Shown piece by piece: positions 7,160 to 16,052 of a stretch of DNA of 24,508 nt. The notes beneath the pieces are model-generated. The model made no database searches and had not been told where the DNA came from. It saw nothing but the letters and a program-made list of their open reading frames with translations. Origin of the DNA: a virus. Its lineage: Duplodnaviria; Caudoviricetes. Location of the stretch: positions 1 through 24,508 of IMG/VR virus record IMGVR_UViG_3300032335_000502, one strand, 5' to 3'. How positions within the stretch are numbered: position 1 is the first letter of the stretch; every line of letters starts with the position of its first letter. Both the position numbers and the translations under genes were made by a program.

Positions 7160-7417
7160 TCACGCACCCGGTGTCGTTGTGCCACCACCACCGGACCCCG
7201 CGGACCCTGGCGGGTACCCGTTGCCGTTACCGTTCGGCGTCTGGCCGGACCCTCGGAATAACCAGCCCGTCACCGCACCAGCAGCGCCCACGAGCGCGGT
7301 CTGACTCGATTGCGACTGATCGTACAGCGCCGACCAACAGATCGCGCCCACGACCATGACCGCGATGACGCCACCGACACCCTCGCGGAACGTCCACACC
7401 GGCTTTTCAGGCAACAC
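7160..7417 (-). CDS. Putative holin, 85 aa
   Basis: Two hydrophobic segments (GVGGVIAVMVVGAICWSAL; ALVGAAGAVTGWLF), immediately downstream of and overlapping the endolysin. Confidence 0.65.
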   Translation of the reverse strand: MLPEKPVWTFREGVGGVIAVMVVGAICWSALYDQSQSSQTALVGAAGAVTGWLFRGSGQTPNGNGNGYPPGSAGSGGGGTTTPGA

Positions 7418-8129
7418 CGGCGGACGCCTCGGCCGACGCGGCTGCGGCTTCGAGTTCGGCCACCCGCGCCTTTAGTGCGCCGATCTCCTCAATCCACGCA
7501 CCGAGGCTGGCACTGTTCGCCGACCACGCCTTGACGGCGCGCAACAGATCCGGCACCTCGGATGCCGGGTAGCCAGTCTCGGTCAATGCCTCGGCGATTG
7601 CTTTCAGTTCCGGTGTCACGGCGTCCTCCTGGTGCGTCTCCGCCCACGCATCGTACGCGTGCGCGACAAGGATCGGGTCGTAGTATTGCGCTGCCACCGC
7701 CTCGCGAGCCTGACCCTTCGGCCAGTAGCGCCAGTGTGGCGGTTGCTCGCGGGACACCTCGAAGTGCAGATGGCAATATTCCCACCCGCCGGACCGTCCG
7801 ACCGCTGCAATCGGTTGCGTCCGTTTCGCCGTGGTCCCGATCTCGGTGTACGTCGCGTCACTCAGATGGCAATAATGCACGTAGGACCCCGCGTAGGGTC
7901 CCGCGTCAAGTCGCCACCACTGATGCAGGCCGAATCCGGTCAGATCCACGATGTGCGCCACGAGCGTCTGATCGGTGATCGCGACTACGGGCGCACCGCA
8001 GTCGGCATTGCCGCCCGACCCGCTATTGAAGTCGACCCCTGGGTGCCAGCATCCGGACCCATTGTCGTCCAACCACCCAAATCCACCCATGAGGGCGTTG
8101 TGTTCCGTGCTGTCAATCTGGGGAAACAT
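7407..8129 (-). CDS. Endolysin, M23-family metallopeptidase
   Basis: HPGVDFN (HxxxD), YCHL and VGRSG...HLHFEV (HxH). AAGGAGG RBS supports the ATG at 8129 (alternative 8135). Helical/coiled-coil C-terminus. Confidence 0.85.
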   Translation of the reverse strand: MFPQIDSTEHNALMGGFGWLDDNGSGCWHPGVDFNSGSGGNADCGAPVVAITDQTLVAHIVDLTGFGLHQWWRLDAGPYAGSYVHYCHLSDATYTEIGTTAKRTQPIAAVGRSGGWEYCHLHFEVSREQPPHWRYWPKGQAREAVAAQYYDPILVAHAYDAWAETHQEDAVTPELKAIAEALTETGYPASEVPDLLRAVKAWSANSASLGAWIEEIGALKARVAELEAAAASAEASAGVA

Positions 8130-8385
8130 GCTCATCCTCCTTGGACCACAGGTCCCATTCGTTGCTGACATACGCGTCACGGTTGCGCTCGGTGTGTGCC
8201 AGCCGGTACAGGCCGGGTTCCGACCGCACGTACGCGTGCACCGGGCATCCGCACGATTGGACCGCCATCGTCGATGTGGCGTAGGACCTCCCATTGGGAC
8301 AGTTGCGCCGTGCAATCGCCATGAGTTCATGCAACCCGGACTCGCTGCCACCCGCCTTGATCCACGTTTCAGCGATGGTAGCCAC
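8113..8385 (-). CDS. Hypothetical protein, 90 aa
   Basis: Fills the gap before the endolysin, overlaps its neighbours and contains its RBS. Confidence 0.5.
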   Translation of the reverse strand: MATIAETWIKAGGSESGLHELMAIARRNCPNGRSYATSTMAVQSCGCPVHAYVRSEPGLYRLAHTERNRDAYVSNEWDLWSKEDEHVSPD

Positions 8386-8461
8386 GGCCCGCCTCGATGC
8401 TGTGACCGATCATCGCGATGACGATCCACATCAGGATCGCGCCGATGCAGATGCGGATCAC
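8369..8461 (-). CDS. 30-aa hydrophobic peptide (not in ORF track)
   Basis: GTG start overlaps the upstream stop (GTGA). Translation MIRICIGAILMWIVIAMIGHSIEAGRGYHR has a single transmembrane-like segment. Confidence 0.5.
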   Translation of the reverse strand: MIRICIGAILMWIVIAMIGHSIEAGRGYHR

Positions 8462-8748
8462 GGCAGTGGTTCCACCGGCGGTGCCGTCCATACGCCGTCG
8501 ATCAGCGTCCAGTCCGGCGGTACAAACTCGTCACGCTCGGCGTCGTAGGCGTACCCGATCCCGGCATATCGTCCGCGGATGCGTCCGTTGTAACTGGTCT
8601 GCACCCACGTGCCACCGAGTAGGTCGGTGAGAAACACCTTGCCGAGCATCTCATCTTCTGTGCCATCCGGCGTGGTTATCACGTCGTTGGCGACCACGAG
8701 CACGCGGATGACGGTGTTGGTTGAGTCGATTTCAGCGTAATGTGCCAT
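8458..8748 (-). CDS. Small tail-fibre-associated protein, 96 aa
   Basis: MAHYAEIDSTNTVIRVLVV...WVQTSYN...RYAGIGYAYD...F.PP, a pattern commonly seen downstream of Gly-rich fibre genes in environmental phages. Confidence 0.7.
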   Translation of the reverse strand: MAHYAEIDSTNTVIRVLVVANDVITTPDGTEDEMLGKVFLTDLLGGTWVQTSYNGRIRGRYAGIGYAYDAERDEFVPPDWTLIDGVWTAPPVEPLP

Positions 8749-8752
8749 CTTG

Positions 8753-9694
8753 TTACCCCAATGCCAGTGCGAGGATGACGACGCCGGACCCGCCTGCGCC
8801 GCCAGCGCCACTACCACCGCCTCCACCGCCAGTGTTTGCAGTCCCTGCCCCGCCAGTTGGCCCGGCCACATTGCCCGCACCGCCTCCACCGGTAGCAGTG
8901 CCCGCAGTCACGCTACCCCATCCGCCACCACCACCCGCACGGGTCACGCTTGTGCCTGTGATTGACGATGCCACGCCCGATCCGCCATTACCGCCAGTCG
9001 TTGACCCGGCGTTGCCTCCCACTGATCCCGCGCCACCACCACCGGCTGCGGCGTTTACGCTGTACCCCATGCCGCCAGCATACCCCTGTGCAGTCGTTCC
9101 GGCACCGCCGTTCTCGGTGTTCAATGCGGTACCGTTGCTGCTGCCGTCGCCTCCGCCAGACCCTCCCGACAATCCGGTCATGCTGTTGGATGTCGTCTTG
9201 CCGGGGCCACCGCTGCCCCCACCGATTGCCGTGATGACATTGGCGGTTGATGCAACCCCGAAACTACTGTTGCTGCCATTGGTACCGTAGTTGAACTGAA
9301 CGGCTGGCCCGCCGGTTCCACCTGCTCCAACCACCACGGTGTACGTCTTGCCGGGCGCAAGGCTGTACCCCGCGCCGCTGTTCGTCCCGCCTCCGCCCGT
9401 CTCAGTGCCAAAAGTCTGGACGTATCCTCCCGCCCCGCCTCCAGCAGAAAGAAAGCCACCACCACCACCACCACCCGCGATGACCAGAACTTCTGCCCGT
9501 ACCGGAGTTCCCGTGGTAAGCGTGATCGTTCCCGTTGACGTGAACTCGTATACCGACCACGTTGTTCCGTTGTTTGACGTGACATATTTGTTTTGCGACC
9601 CACCACTGATTGTGACGTTGCCCGCCGTGGTACGCCCAACGGTGCGGTACTTCGCGCCCGCGATGCCGGACCCGCCCGCGTTGCTTACACTCAC
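8753..9694 (-). CDS. Glycine-rich tail fibre / receptor-binding protein
   Basis: FTSTGT...EVLVIAGGGGGG...GGGAGG...YTVVVGAGG...ANTGGGGGG...GGSGVVIL. GTG start overlaps the upstream stop. Confidence 0.8.
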   Translation of the reverse strand: MSVSNAGGSGIAGAKYRTVGRTTAGNVTISGGSQNKYVTSNNGTTWSVYEFTSTGTITLTTGTPVRAEVLVIAGGGGGGGFLSAGGGAGGYVQTFGTETGGGGTNSGAGYSLAPGKTYTVVVGAGGTGGPAVQFNYGTNGSNSSFGVASTANVITAIGGGSGGPGKTTSNSMTGLSGGSGGGDGSSNGTALNTENGGAGTTAQGYAGGMGYSVNAAAGGGGAGSVGGNAGSTTGGNGGSGVASSITGTSVTRAGGGGGWGSVTAGTATGGGGAGNVAGPTGGAGTANTGGGGGGSGAGGAGGSGVVILALALG

Positions 9695-10017
9695 GGCCCG
9701 GTCAACCCGTACGCGGTGATGTGTACCGCAGCGTTGCTGGAATGCGCCACGAGGTAGCGATTGGTCGGATCGAGGCACACGCCGTCGCCGAGCATCACGC
9801 TGTCGTTGCCTGCAATCGTGGCACCGGACACGATGTACGCGCCATGCGTGCCGGTGGTCGCCGACGTGCTGACGTTGTACGTGTACGACGTCGCGGACGT
9901 GTTGGCGATGACGATCCGCGACACGACGGTATACGTGGATGCCGTCGCGCCGTTATCGTGGATGTTCGTTGCGCTCGTCGCCACCGTCGTGCCGAGACGC
10001 TTGATTACTTCCGCCAT
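9691..10017 (-). CDS. Minor tail protein, 108 aa
   Basis: Beta-rich T/S/V composition; tightly packed in the tail operon. Confidence 0.7.
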   Translation of the reverse strand: MAEVIKRLGTTVATSATNIHDNGATASTYTVVSRIVIANTSATSYTYNVSTSATTGTHGAYIVSGATIAGNDSVMLGDGVCLDPTNRYLVAHSSNAAVHITAYGLTGP

Positions 10018-10018
10018 G

Positions 10019-10303
10019 TCATGCTCCCATCAAGAGGAACGTGCGGGCAAACCCGCCGCCTAGCGAGGACTCGGACCCGGTCGAGTCGATCTTCACCACG
10101 CTCCCGTCCGTCTTTGCGTACAAGGTCACGGTACCGCCTGCCGATGCGCCTGGTGACGCGATCTGCGTCAGCGTGATCGCGTTCTCGATTGCCACCGGAC
10201 CGTCAAGCCCCTTGAGGTACCGGAGATCGTTGACGATCTCGTTCCAGTTGCTTGCGGTGACGACGTACCCGGTCGAGCGCGTCGTCGGTGTTGCCCATGC
10301 CAT
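10019..10303 (-). CDS. Minor tail protein (fibre-anchor-like), 94 aa
   Basis: MAWATPTTRSTGYVVTASNWNEIVNDLRYL resembles N-termini of siphophage fibre proteins; follows the tail-tip gene. Confidence 0.7.
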   Translation of the reverse strand: MAWATPTTRSTGYVVTASNWNEIVNDLRYLKGLDGPVAIENAITLTQIASPGASAGGTVTLYAKTDGSVVKIDSTGSESSLGGGFARTFLLMGA

Positions 10304-10316
10304 GATCCATTATCCC

Positions 10317-11456
10317 CTAATACGCCAGTCGCGTGGATGTGTCGAGCGCCGAGACGTCAAGCGCCCAGAACCCGGCACCGTCAGCCGGTGACAGTTGCCA
10401 CCGGACGGTATGGAGTGTGCCACCGTTCGAGATGCTATGTTCGATGCGCTCGATGTGGAATGCGGCGTTGATGCCGGTACGCGCCCCGGCGTCCGTGATC
10501 GTCACGCGGTCGGACAGGTCACGCGCCAGAGCCTGCGTCATCAGCGTCGCCGACGCATTGCCGACGATGCCGATGACGGGCCGGTCCTGTTCGTCCTTCT
10601 TGGTTGACAGCGTCCACGATGCGCGGTCCGCAGCCGTGCTCGCGTCGAGGAACCCGGCGTTGATCGCGAGCCGCCTCGGACCTTTTGCGGCCTGCGATGT
10701 CGCGTCCGTTGCGGTGACGCTGCCGGTCGCGTGCGTCACCTTCACCTCGTTGGCGATGTCACGCACTGGTCGCTCGGCCGCGACATCCACGAGTGCATCG
10801 GTGTCCGTGAACGTCCCTTGGCTGACCGTGTACGGCGTCTTCAGTCGCGTGTGCCGGTCCTGGAAGACGACCTTGCCTGCGCCGGACATGTAAACCAACC
10901 CCGCCTCGTTGTCGATGCCGATGCCTTGGATCTGCGACAGCACAGATTGGTCGGTGTACGACGGCGTTATCGTGGATTGCCCCGTCGCGAGGTCGCGCAA
11001 TCCGGCAGGCCACGATGCGCTGTTGAGCGCCACGCCGATGCTGGTCCCGGTCGGCACCAGCGTGTACGTCGGCGTCGTCACCGCAAGGTCCAGCCACGCA
11101 AACCCATCGGCGAGGTCGAGCGTGCAGGTGCGAACGTTCGGCGTCGGCACCGGCGTGATTGATTGGATGTACCCGTAGTAGAGGTCGTACGTCACCGCCA
11201 AGAACGTGCCCCTGATTCGCACCGCCCGCATTGTAGCCACGTTGCCGTACAACGGTGACAGCGTGTAACCCGGACTGAACCGCCCATCCTCGTTGATCAG
11301 CGTGACCCGCGCGGTGCCGGTCTGGACCTGCGAGAGCACATCATCGCGCCCACGCGTGATCGAAACCGACTGCACGTACGACGTGATGTCCGTGAACGTT
11401 GACGGGTTTGCCCCGTCCGCGGTCGCGAGTTCCACGGTGTACATTGCGGTGACCAT
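10317..11456 (-). CDS. Tail tip / baseplate hub-like minor tail protein, 379 aa
   Basis: Directly after the tape measure gene (TGATG coupling). Motifs DITSYVQSVSITRGR...GTARVTLINEDGRF, G.VVFQDR and DLSDRVTI. Confidence 0.8.
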   Translation of the reverse strand: MVTAMYTVELATADGANPSTFTDITSYVQSVSITRGRDDVLSQVQTGTARVTLINEDGRFSPGYTLSPLYGNVATMRAVRIRGTFLAVTYDLYYGYIQSITPVPTPNVRTCTLDLADGFAWLDLAVTTPTYTLVPTGTSIGVALNSASWPAGLRDLATGQSTITPSYTDQSVLSQIQGIGIDNEAGLVYMSGAGKVVFQDRHTRLKTPYTVSQGTFTDTDALVDVAAERPVRDIANEVKVTHATGSVTATDATSQAAKGPRRLAINAGFLDASTAADRASWTLSTKKDEQDRPVIGIVGNASATLMTQALARDLSDRVTITDAGARTGINAAFHIERIEHSISNGGTLHTVRWQLSPADGAGFWALDVSALDTSTRLAY

Positions 11457-13312
11457 CAGGCGAACCCAAGGTTCGAACCGACGAGGTTCTGGCGCTTGAG
11501 GTACGACCACGTCGTGCGTGCGATCACCTGTCCGTCAAGTTGGATGATGATCGGGCGCCCGTCATCGGATGCGGCTGCACCCGCTCCAGGCATTCCACTC
11601 GATGCGGCAATGGGTCCGCCATTGCCGGGTGTTGCTATTCGAGGCACGTCCACAAGATTGGCAACTGCGTTGCTGACTGCCGGTCGTGATCGGTCAACAC
11701 CAAGCGTCATGCCATCACCGATGGCGCGTCCGACAATCTCGAACTCCGTCGACGGCGAATGCACGCCAAGTGCAGCCTTGGCAGCGTTCAAAGCATCGTT
11801 TGCGGCGTTGCGCACCATGTCGCGCAGTCCGCTCATTGCGTTGGACACACCGTTTTTGATGCCGTCAATGATTGCAGTGCCCACACTGGTGGCTGCTGCC
11901 ATGAACGAGGCAGGCAAGCCTTTCACGAACTCCATGACGGTGTTGAAACTCGTTGTGATCCACTCAACGGCAGAGGTGACCGCGGTCTTCAACATGTCCC
12001 ACGCGCCGTTCACCGCGTTGCGAAATGTCTCGTTTGTTTCGTAGGCGTACACCAGTGCGGCTGCCAACGCCACCAACGCCAAAACGACGATGCCGATCGG
12101 ATTCATCGTCAGCACGAAATTGAGCGCCGTCTGTGCGGCGGTCATCGCAATCGTGGCGCCTTCCATTATTGCGGTGTACGTTGCAGCCAAGGTGACTGCA
12201 ACCTGATACGCGACAAATGCCGCTGTCGCCCCAACAATGACTGCTTTGAGGATTTCCGAAGCCGCTGAACCTGAATCAAAAAACGCCTGCACCTCCTGAA
12301 TGGCAGTGCTGATTGCCTTGATGGCGTCGACGAAAGTGTGGAAAATGGCCTCGGCAGTCGGGCCAAACACCTCGCCGATGCGGATTTCCAAGGCGGTAAT
12401 GATTGCCTCGAAGGTTGACAATCCGTGGTCGGTGCTGATGTTTTGCACCATGACGATAAAACCGGTTACCGACTTGATTGCTTCTGCAACCGATCCACCA
12501 ACAATGGATGCAAGGCTCGTAAAACCTTCCTGGTTGTTTCCAACGACACCGGCAAGCACGTCAAGGGAAGAAGACAATTGATCGAAAATCGGTTGTGCCG
12601 CGTTCAGGCGAATGCTATCGAGCGTGTCATTGAATGTCGACCAACGACCACCAAGCGTGTTTGCCATACCGGCCACGAGGCTGGCGTCAACGCCCATCTC
12701 GGCCATGGCGATACGCACGGCCTCAAGCGCCGGTACGCCTTCTTCCTTGAGTGCCTTGAGTCGCTCGCGTGGCAGATTGAACCGTTCCACGATGGAGGTG
12801 AAATCGCCAGAAAGTGCCTCACGCAGGCTGAATGCCGCACCGGTCAAACCTTCGGACGGATTGAGTGCTGCAAGCACTTCCGCCTGCTTGATCACGTCCA
12901 TCAATCCGACGCCAGCGGCTTTGGACGCTGGTAAAAGCGCCGCGGTGGCGTCAGCCATTTCCTTGAAAGCGAACGGCGTCTGGTTGGCTTCAGTTCGCAC
13001 TTGGGCCAGAATGTCATCAGCCGCGGCTGCCGAACCCGCGAACGCCACCATCTTGGTGCGCGTGTCCTCAAGTTCCTTGGCTAGGCCAAAACCGAACGCG
13101 TTCGCAAGTCCAACGGCACCTTCGCCGATAGCACTTGCGCCTTGCGCCGCCATGCCGATGCCGGACAACGCGGACCCGATGCCCTTTATGGCTGCCATCG
13201 GCGCGGACAACGCACCAGACAAACCGCCAAGACCTTTGTGCAGCCGGTCCAATGGCCCGCTGAACTCATCCTCGGCGGTTATCCTGACGTTTAGTTCCGC
13301 GGTTGTCGCCAT
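11456..13312 (-). CDS. Tape measure protein, 618 aa
   Basis: Ala/Gly-rich helical protein with N-terminal LNVRITAED, ANQTPF, NPIGIVVLALVALAAALVYAYETNETFRNAV, LGVHSPS and C-terminal IIIQLDG. Follows the chaperone genes. Confidence 0.9.
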   Translation of the reverse strand: MATTAELNVRITAEDEFSGPLDRLHKGLGGLSGALSAPMAAIKGIGSALSGIGMAAQGASAIGEGAVGLANAFGFGLAKELEDTRTKMVAFAGSAAAADDILAQVRTEANQTPFAFKEMADATAALLPASKAAGVGLMDVIKQAEVLAALNPSEGLTGAAFSLREALSGDFTSIVERFNLPRERLKALKEEGVPALEAVRIAMAEMGVDASLVAGMANTLGGRWSTFNDTLDSIRLNAAQPIFDQLSSSLDVLAGVVGNNQEGFTSLASIVGGSVAEAIKSVTGFIVMVQNISTDHGLSTFEAIITALEIRIGEVFGPTAEAIFHTFVDAIKAISTAIQEVQAFFDSGSAASEILKAVIVGATAAFVAYQVAVTLAATYTAIMEGATIAMTAAQTALNFVLTMNPIGIVVLALVALAAALVYAYETNETFRNAVNGAWDMLKTAVTSAVEWITTSFNTVMEFVKGLPASFMAAATSVGTAIIDGIKNGVSNAMSGLRDMVRNAANDALNAAKAALGVHSPSTEFEIVGRAIGDGMTLGVDRSRPAVSNAVANLVDVPRIATPGNGGPIAASSGMPGAGAAASDDGRPIIIQLDGQVIARTTWSYLKRQNLVGSNLGFA

Positions 13313-13313
13313 G

Positions 13314-13517
13314 TCAGCCTTTCAGTTTGCGTGCCGCGTCCAGGAGTTCGATTGCCCAGAACACGTCGCGTGCATTTGCCTGACGTGCCGTCTCCAGCGT
13401 GTAAGCCGGAAATGTGGTCGCGATTACCGCCCGGTGATACACCGAAATCGTCTCGCGGTCGCATGCGTTCGGCATATCGACCAGCCACTTCCCAAACTCG
13501 GTCAGGCTTTTTTTGGG
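13314..13517 (-). CDS. Tail assembly chaperone, -1 frameshift extension (lambda gpT-like)
   Basis: Open -1 frame (KSLTEFGKWLVDM...LLDAARKLKG) begins at the slippery site and ends 2 bp before the tape measure start. Confidence 0.75.
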   Translation of the reverse strand, partial: PKKSLTEFGKWLVDMPNACDRETISVYHRAVIATTFPAYTLETARQANARDVFWAIELLDAARKLKG

Positions 13518-13780
13518 ACCGCGAGGCACCCCGCAATGCCTTCGCAGACTGCGGCAAACTGCCCTGGCGTCAAACGTCTCAACCCGGCTCGGTCAGTTCC
13601 ACCCGTTAGGGTGCCGCCAACCACGCATGATGACACCGCGTCGAGCATGCTGGTTGCGGTGCCACCTTGCAAGTCCTCAATCATTCCCATTGTCAATGCT
13701 TGCGGGTCGATGTCGACCGTAAAGCCTTGAAGATCAGCGTTCAGCGCCACCGTCAAGGTGTCGCGTTTGCGTCCTGCCAT
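13502..13780 (-). CDS. Tail assembly chaperone (lambda gpG-like), 92 aa
   Basis: ATG at 13780 after GGGGGG. Lies between tail tube and tape measure genes and ends VPKKA over a slippery sequence. Confidence 0.8.
   Translation of the reverse strand: MAGRKRDTLTVALNADLQGFTVDIDPQALTMGMIEDLQGGTATSMLDAVSSCVVGGTLTGGTDRAGLRRLTPGQFAAVCEGIAGCLAVPKKA
13508..13517 (-). other. Programmed -1 ribosomal frameshift site CCCAAAAAAA
   Basis: C CCA AAA AAA GCC TGA: an X XXY YYZ slippery heptamer immediately before the stop; the downstream ORF is in the -1 frame. Confidence 0.8.
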
Positions 13781-13800
13781 TGTTGCCCCCCGTGGCAGTG

Positions 13801-14202
13801 TTAGGAGAACGTCACCGTTCCCGTGATCTTGTGGGTTGCAGTGGCCTTGATCATGTCGCCTACCGCAATCGGCAGGGACAGTTTGGTGACGATGGTTTCC
13901 ATGCTGACGGTTCTGGTTCCGTCGGTGAATGATAGAGTGCCCTCCACGCCAAGGCGTCCGGTGTACACCGTCCATATGCCCGTCGTGTTGGTGTTGTTGT
14001 ACATGAACTCGTGTGTGACATCGTCGCCACCCTTCAGGCCCGACGTGAATTCCATCCACTGGTCACCAATGGTCGTTGTCTCGTGCGTCGCTGAAGATAC
14101 ACTGAAATCAAGGCTGACGGTTTCCGCCTTGAGGTCAGCCGGTGTTCCGCCACTGTTGTCGATGTTGATTGATGAGATGTCCTTGCCGTGAACGCGTGCC
14201 AT
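13801..14202 (-). CDS. Tail tube (major tail) protein, 133 aa
   Basis: AAGGAGG RBS. THETTTIGD...TSGLKG...GDMIKATATHKITG is a tail tube-like pattern; immediately precedes the chaperone. Confidence 0.8.
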   Translation of the reverse strand: MARVHGKDISSINIDNSGGTPADLKAETVSLDFSVSSATHETTTIGDQWMEFTSGLKGGDDVTHEFMYNNTNTTGIWTVYTGRLGVEGTLSFTDGTRTVSMETIVTKLSLPIAVGDMIKATATHKITGTVTFS

Positions 14203-14217
14203 GGTCGTCGTGCCTCC

Positions 14218-14952
14218 TTAGAACCTGGCGAACCCGGCCACAAACGTGACCGAGGACGTGCTGTTGATAGTCGATATTACTCGCAAGTAGCGGTTCACCG
14301 TACCGGTGACTGTCGATGTCTGGCACGACTCAGCCGTGGACGCCGTGAAGGTCACGAGGTCCACCCACGTGGAGTTGTTCGTCGAGTGCTGGATTTTCAC
14401 CGTTCCACCAGTGCCGGTTACCGCGGTGACATGCAGGTTGGACCGTCCTCCGTTGGCGGATGATGCGGCGTTGTCGACGCTCGTACCGTTGGTGCTTGTG
14501 CTATCGGCACCGAGCACGTGCAATAGGACACCGTTCAGCCCGGCCCGCCCGTTGCCTTGCAACGTGCCGTTGATTTTGACAATGTCAGCAACCGTGATCG
14601 GCTGTGCATGTTTGGTCAATATGGCCTCACTGCACAGGATGCCAAAATCCCCGACCTCATCCGCATCGCCATCATAGATCGAAAGCACACTTGCGCCTGC
14701 GGTGTCTGATCCAAGTAATGCCTCAAACTGGCGTTCGATGGAAGTCACCGATCCGCCTGAATTGGTCTGGTAGAACCCATCAACCGACGCGTCCCACGAT
14801 CCAAGTCCGGGATCATATGTCACGTATTCAGCGCCAAACGTCGTGACATCGTGCGTGTCGGCATTTGCCGTGACATCCACCGATGCGAGATCGGTTGACA
14901 CGTCACGGTAACCGAGATACACGCGGACATCCTTGCCGTGCATCCTAGCCAT
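14218..14952 (-). CDS. Tail-tube-like paralogue with C-terminal beta-sandwich extension, 244 aa
   Basis: MARMHGKD...THDVTTFG...PGL...VADIVKINGTLQGNG aligns by eye with the downstream 133-aa protein, plus about 100 extra aa (VKIQHSTNNSTWVDL...RYLRV). Confidence 0.75.
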   Translation of the reverse strand: MARMHGKDVRVYLGYRDVSTDLASVDVTANADTHDVTTFGAEYVTYDPGLGSWDASVDGFYQTNSGGSVTSIERQFEALLGSDTAGASVLSIYDGDADEVGDFGILCSEAILTKHAQPITVADIVKINGTLQGNGRAGLNGVLLHVLGADSTSTNGTSVDNAASSANGGRSNLHVTAVTGTGGTVKIQHSTNNSTWVDLVTFTASTAESCQTSTVTGTVNRYLRVISTINSTSSVTFVAGFARF

Positions 14953-15169
14953 TCGTCACCGCCTCATCCGACGTGGATGACGATTCCGGCGCAGTCTCTA
15001 CGACGGGGATCGCGCTTGCGGTCCACCCCGACGCAATGACATGCCCTTCGGCAACCAGCCAGGCGTTCTCGTTCACGACGCTGTCCGGCACGTCATCGCC
15101 TGCCTCGACGCGGACTTCTCCGCCTTTACCGTCCGGCCAATTGATGCCGGTCGTTGCTTGCCACGTCAT
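14945..15169 (-). CDS. Small virion-associated hypothetical protein, 74 aa
   Basis: Coupled to both neighbours; VEAGDDVPD...WLVAEGHV followed by an acidic tail. Confidence 0.65.
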   Translation of the reverse strand: MTWQATTGINWPDGKGGEVRVEAGDDVPDSVVNENAWLVAEGHVIASGWTASAIPVVETAPESSSTSDEAVTNG

Positions 15170-15576
15170 GTCGGCCAGACCTCCACGGTAAACCGCACGC
15201 CGAAATAATCGACGGTTCCAAAACTAAGCGTACCGTAATCGCGCCACGAAAGGACGCGCGTGGCGTATGCAGCGCCACCCAGCGTGCCGTCGCTTTCGAT
15301 GGCCGCCTTGATGCTTGTGGACCCCGTCCGAGACAGATAGGTGTCCACCAAGTCCTGCGAGACGTCCCACGGACTGCCACCTGTGGACGCCAGAAGCGTG
15401 ACGTCGTACCGCTGCACGTCCTGCCCGTTCGCCATCGACAGGTCGTAGTCATGCTCGGTCGGGCGGATAATTACCGCTGGTACTTGTGGTGTGGTCGGCA
15501 CGGTCTTGTAGACGTTGAGTCCGCTGATTGTTTCCAACCGTGTTGCAAGTCCGGCACGCACCGTCGAAAGGCTCAT
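15166..15576 (-). CDS. Tail terminator / tail completion protein
   Basis: MSLSTVRAGLATRLETISGLNVY...PAVII...SIKAAIESDGTLGG...FTVEV. ATGA coupling; expected position after the HK97 gp10-like gene. Confidence 0.75.
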   Translation of the reverse strand: MSLSTVRAGLATRLETISGLNVYKTVPTTPQVPAVIIRPTEHDYDLSMANGQDVQRYDVTLLASTGGSPWDVSQDLVDTYLSRTGSTSIKAAIESDGTLGGAAYATRVLSWRDYGTLSFGTVDYFGVRFTVEVWPT

Positions 15577-16052
15577 GCGCCTTGGCTCCACAGGCGCTCA
15601 ATGTCGCGCCCGGCTGCTTGAAAGAACCCACGAATACGGCCAAGGTTTTCCTCAAAGGCAGTCCGGAGAAACGGACGCGGTTTGGTGCCACGGCGCTTGA
15701 TGGATCGTGCAACCGCGTATGGATTGATGTTGCCATGCCGTCGCGCCCATAGCGCAAGTCCGCCCGCGGTTGGTGGTTGTGACCCTGGTCTGCGCCCGTC
15801 ATGCACGGCTCGCGCGTAGATGACGTTCGTGCCAACCGTGGCAAACCGTGGCGGGTCGGATGTGTCCACCGCATTCGTGATCGATGCACGCAGCCGTCCG
15901 GTATCAACCGGCGCATTGCGTTTTGCCTGCCCCTCAACGACATACGCCGATTTCTTCAACGCGGTACGGATTGGTTCGGCCATGATGGCTGACGCGCGCG
16001 CCTTGCGTTGCATCTCCTCGGCGTTTATGACGCGGATTGAAAACCCTACCAT
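15573..16052 (-). CDS. HK97 gp10-like neck/tail completion protein
   Basis: AKRNAPVDTGRLRASI...VGTNVIYARAVHDG...GTKPRPFLRTAFE. Confidence 0.85.
   Translation of the reverse strand: MVGFSIRVINAEEMQRKARASAIMAEPIRTALKKSAYVVEGQAKRNAPVDTGRLRASITNAVDTSDPPRFATVGTNVIYARAVHDGRRPGSQPPTAGGLALWARRHGNINPYAVARSIKRRGTKPRPFLRTAFEENLGRIRGFFQAAGRDIERLWSQGA

Noticed and set aside
7884-7901. Short inverted repeat GGACCC/GGGTCC
   Set aside because: A 6-bp stem inside the endolysin coding sequence; expected by chance at this GC content.
9455-9475. (CCA)n microsatellite
   Set aside because: Simply encodes the poly-Gly run of the Gly-rich fibre; in-frame triplets, no sign of phase variation.
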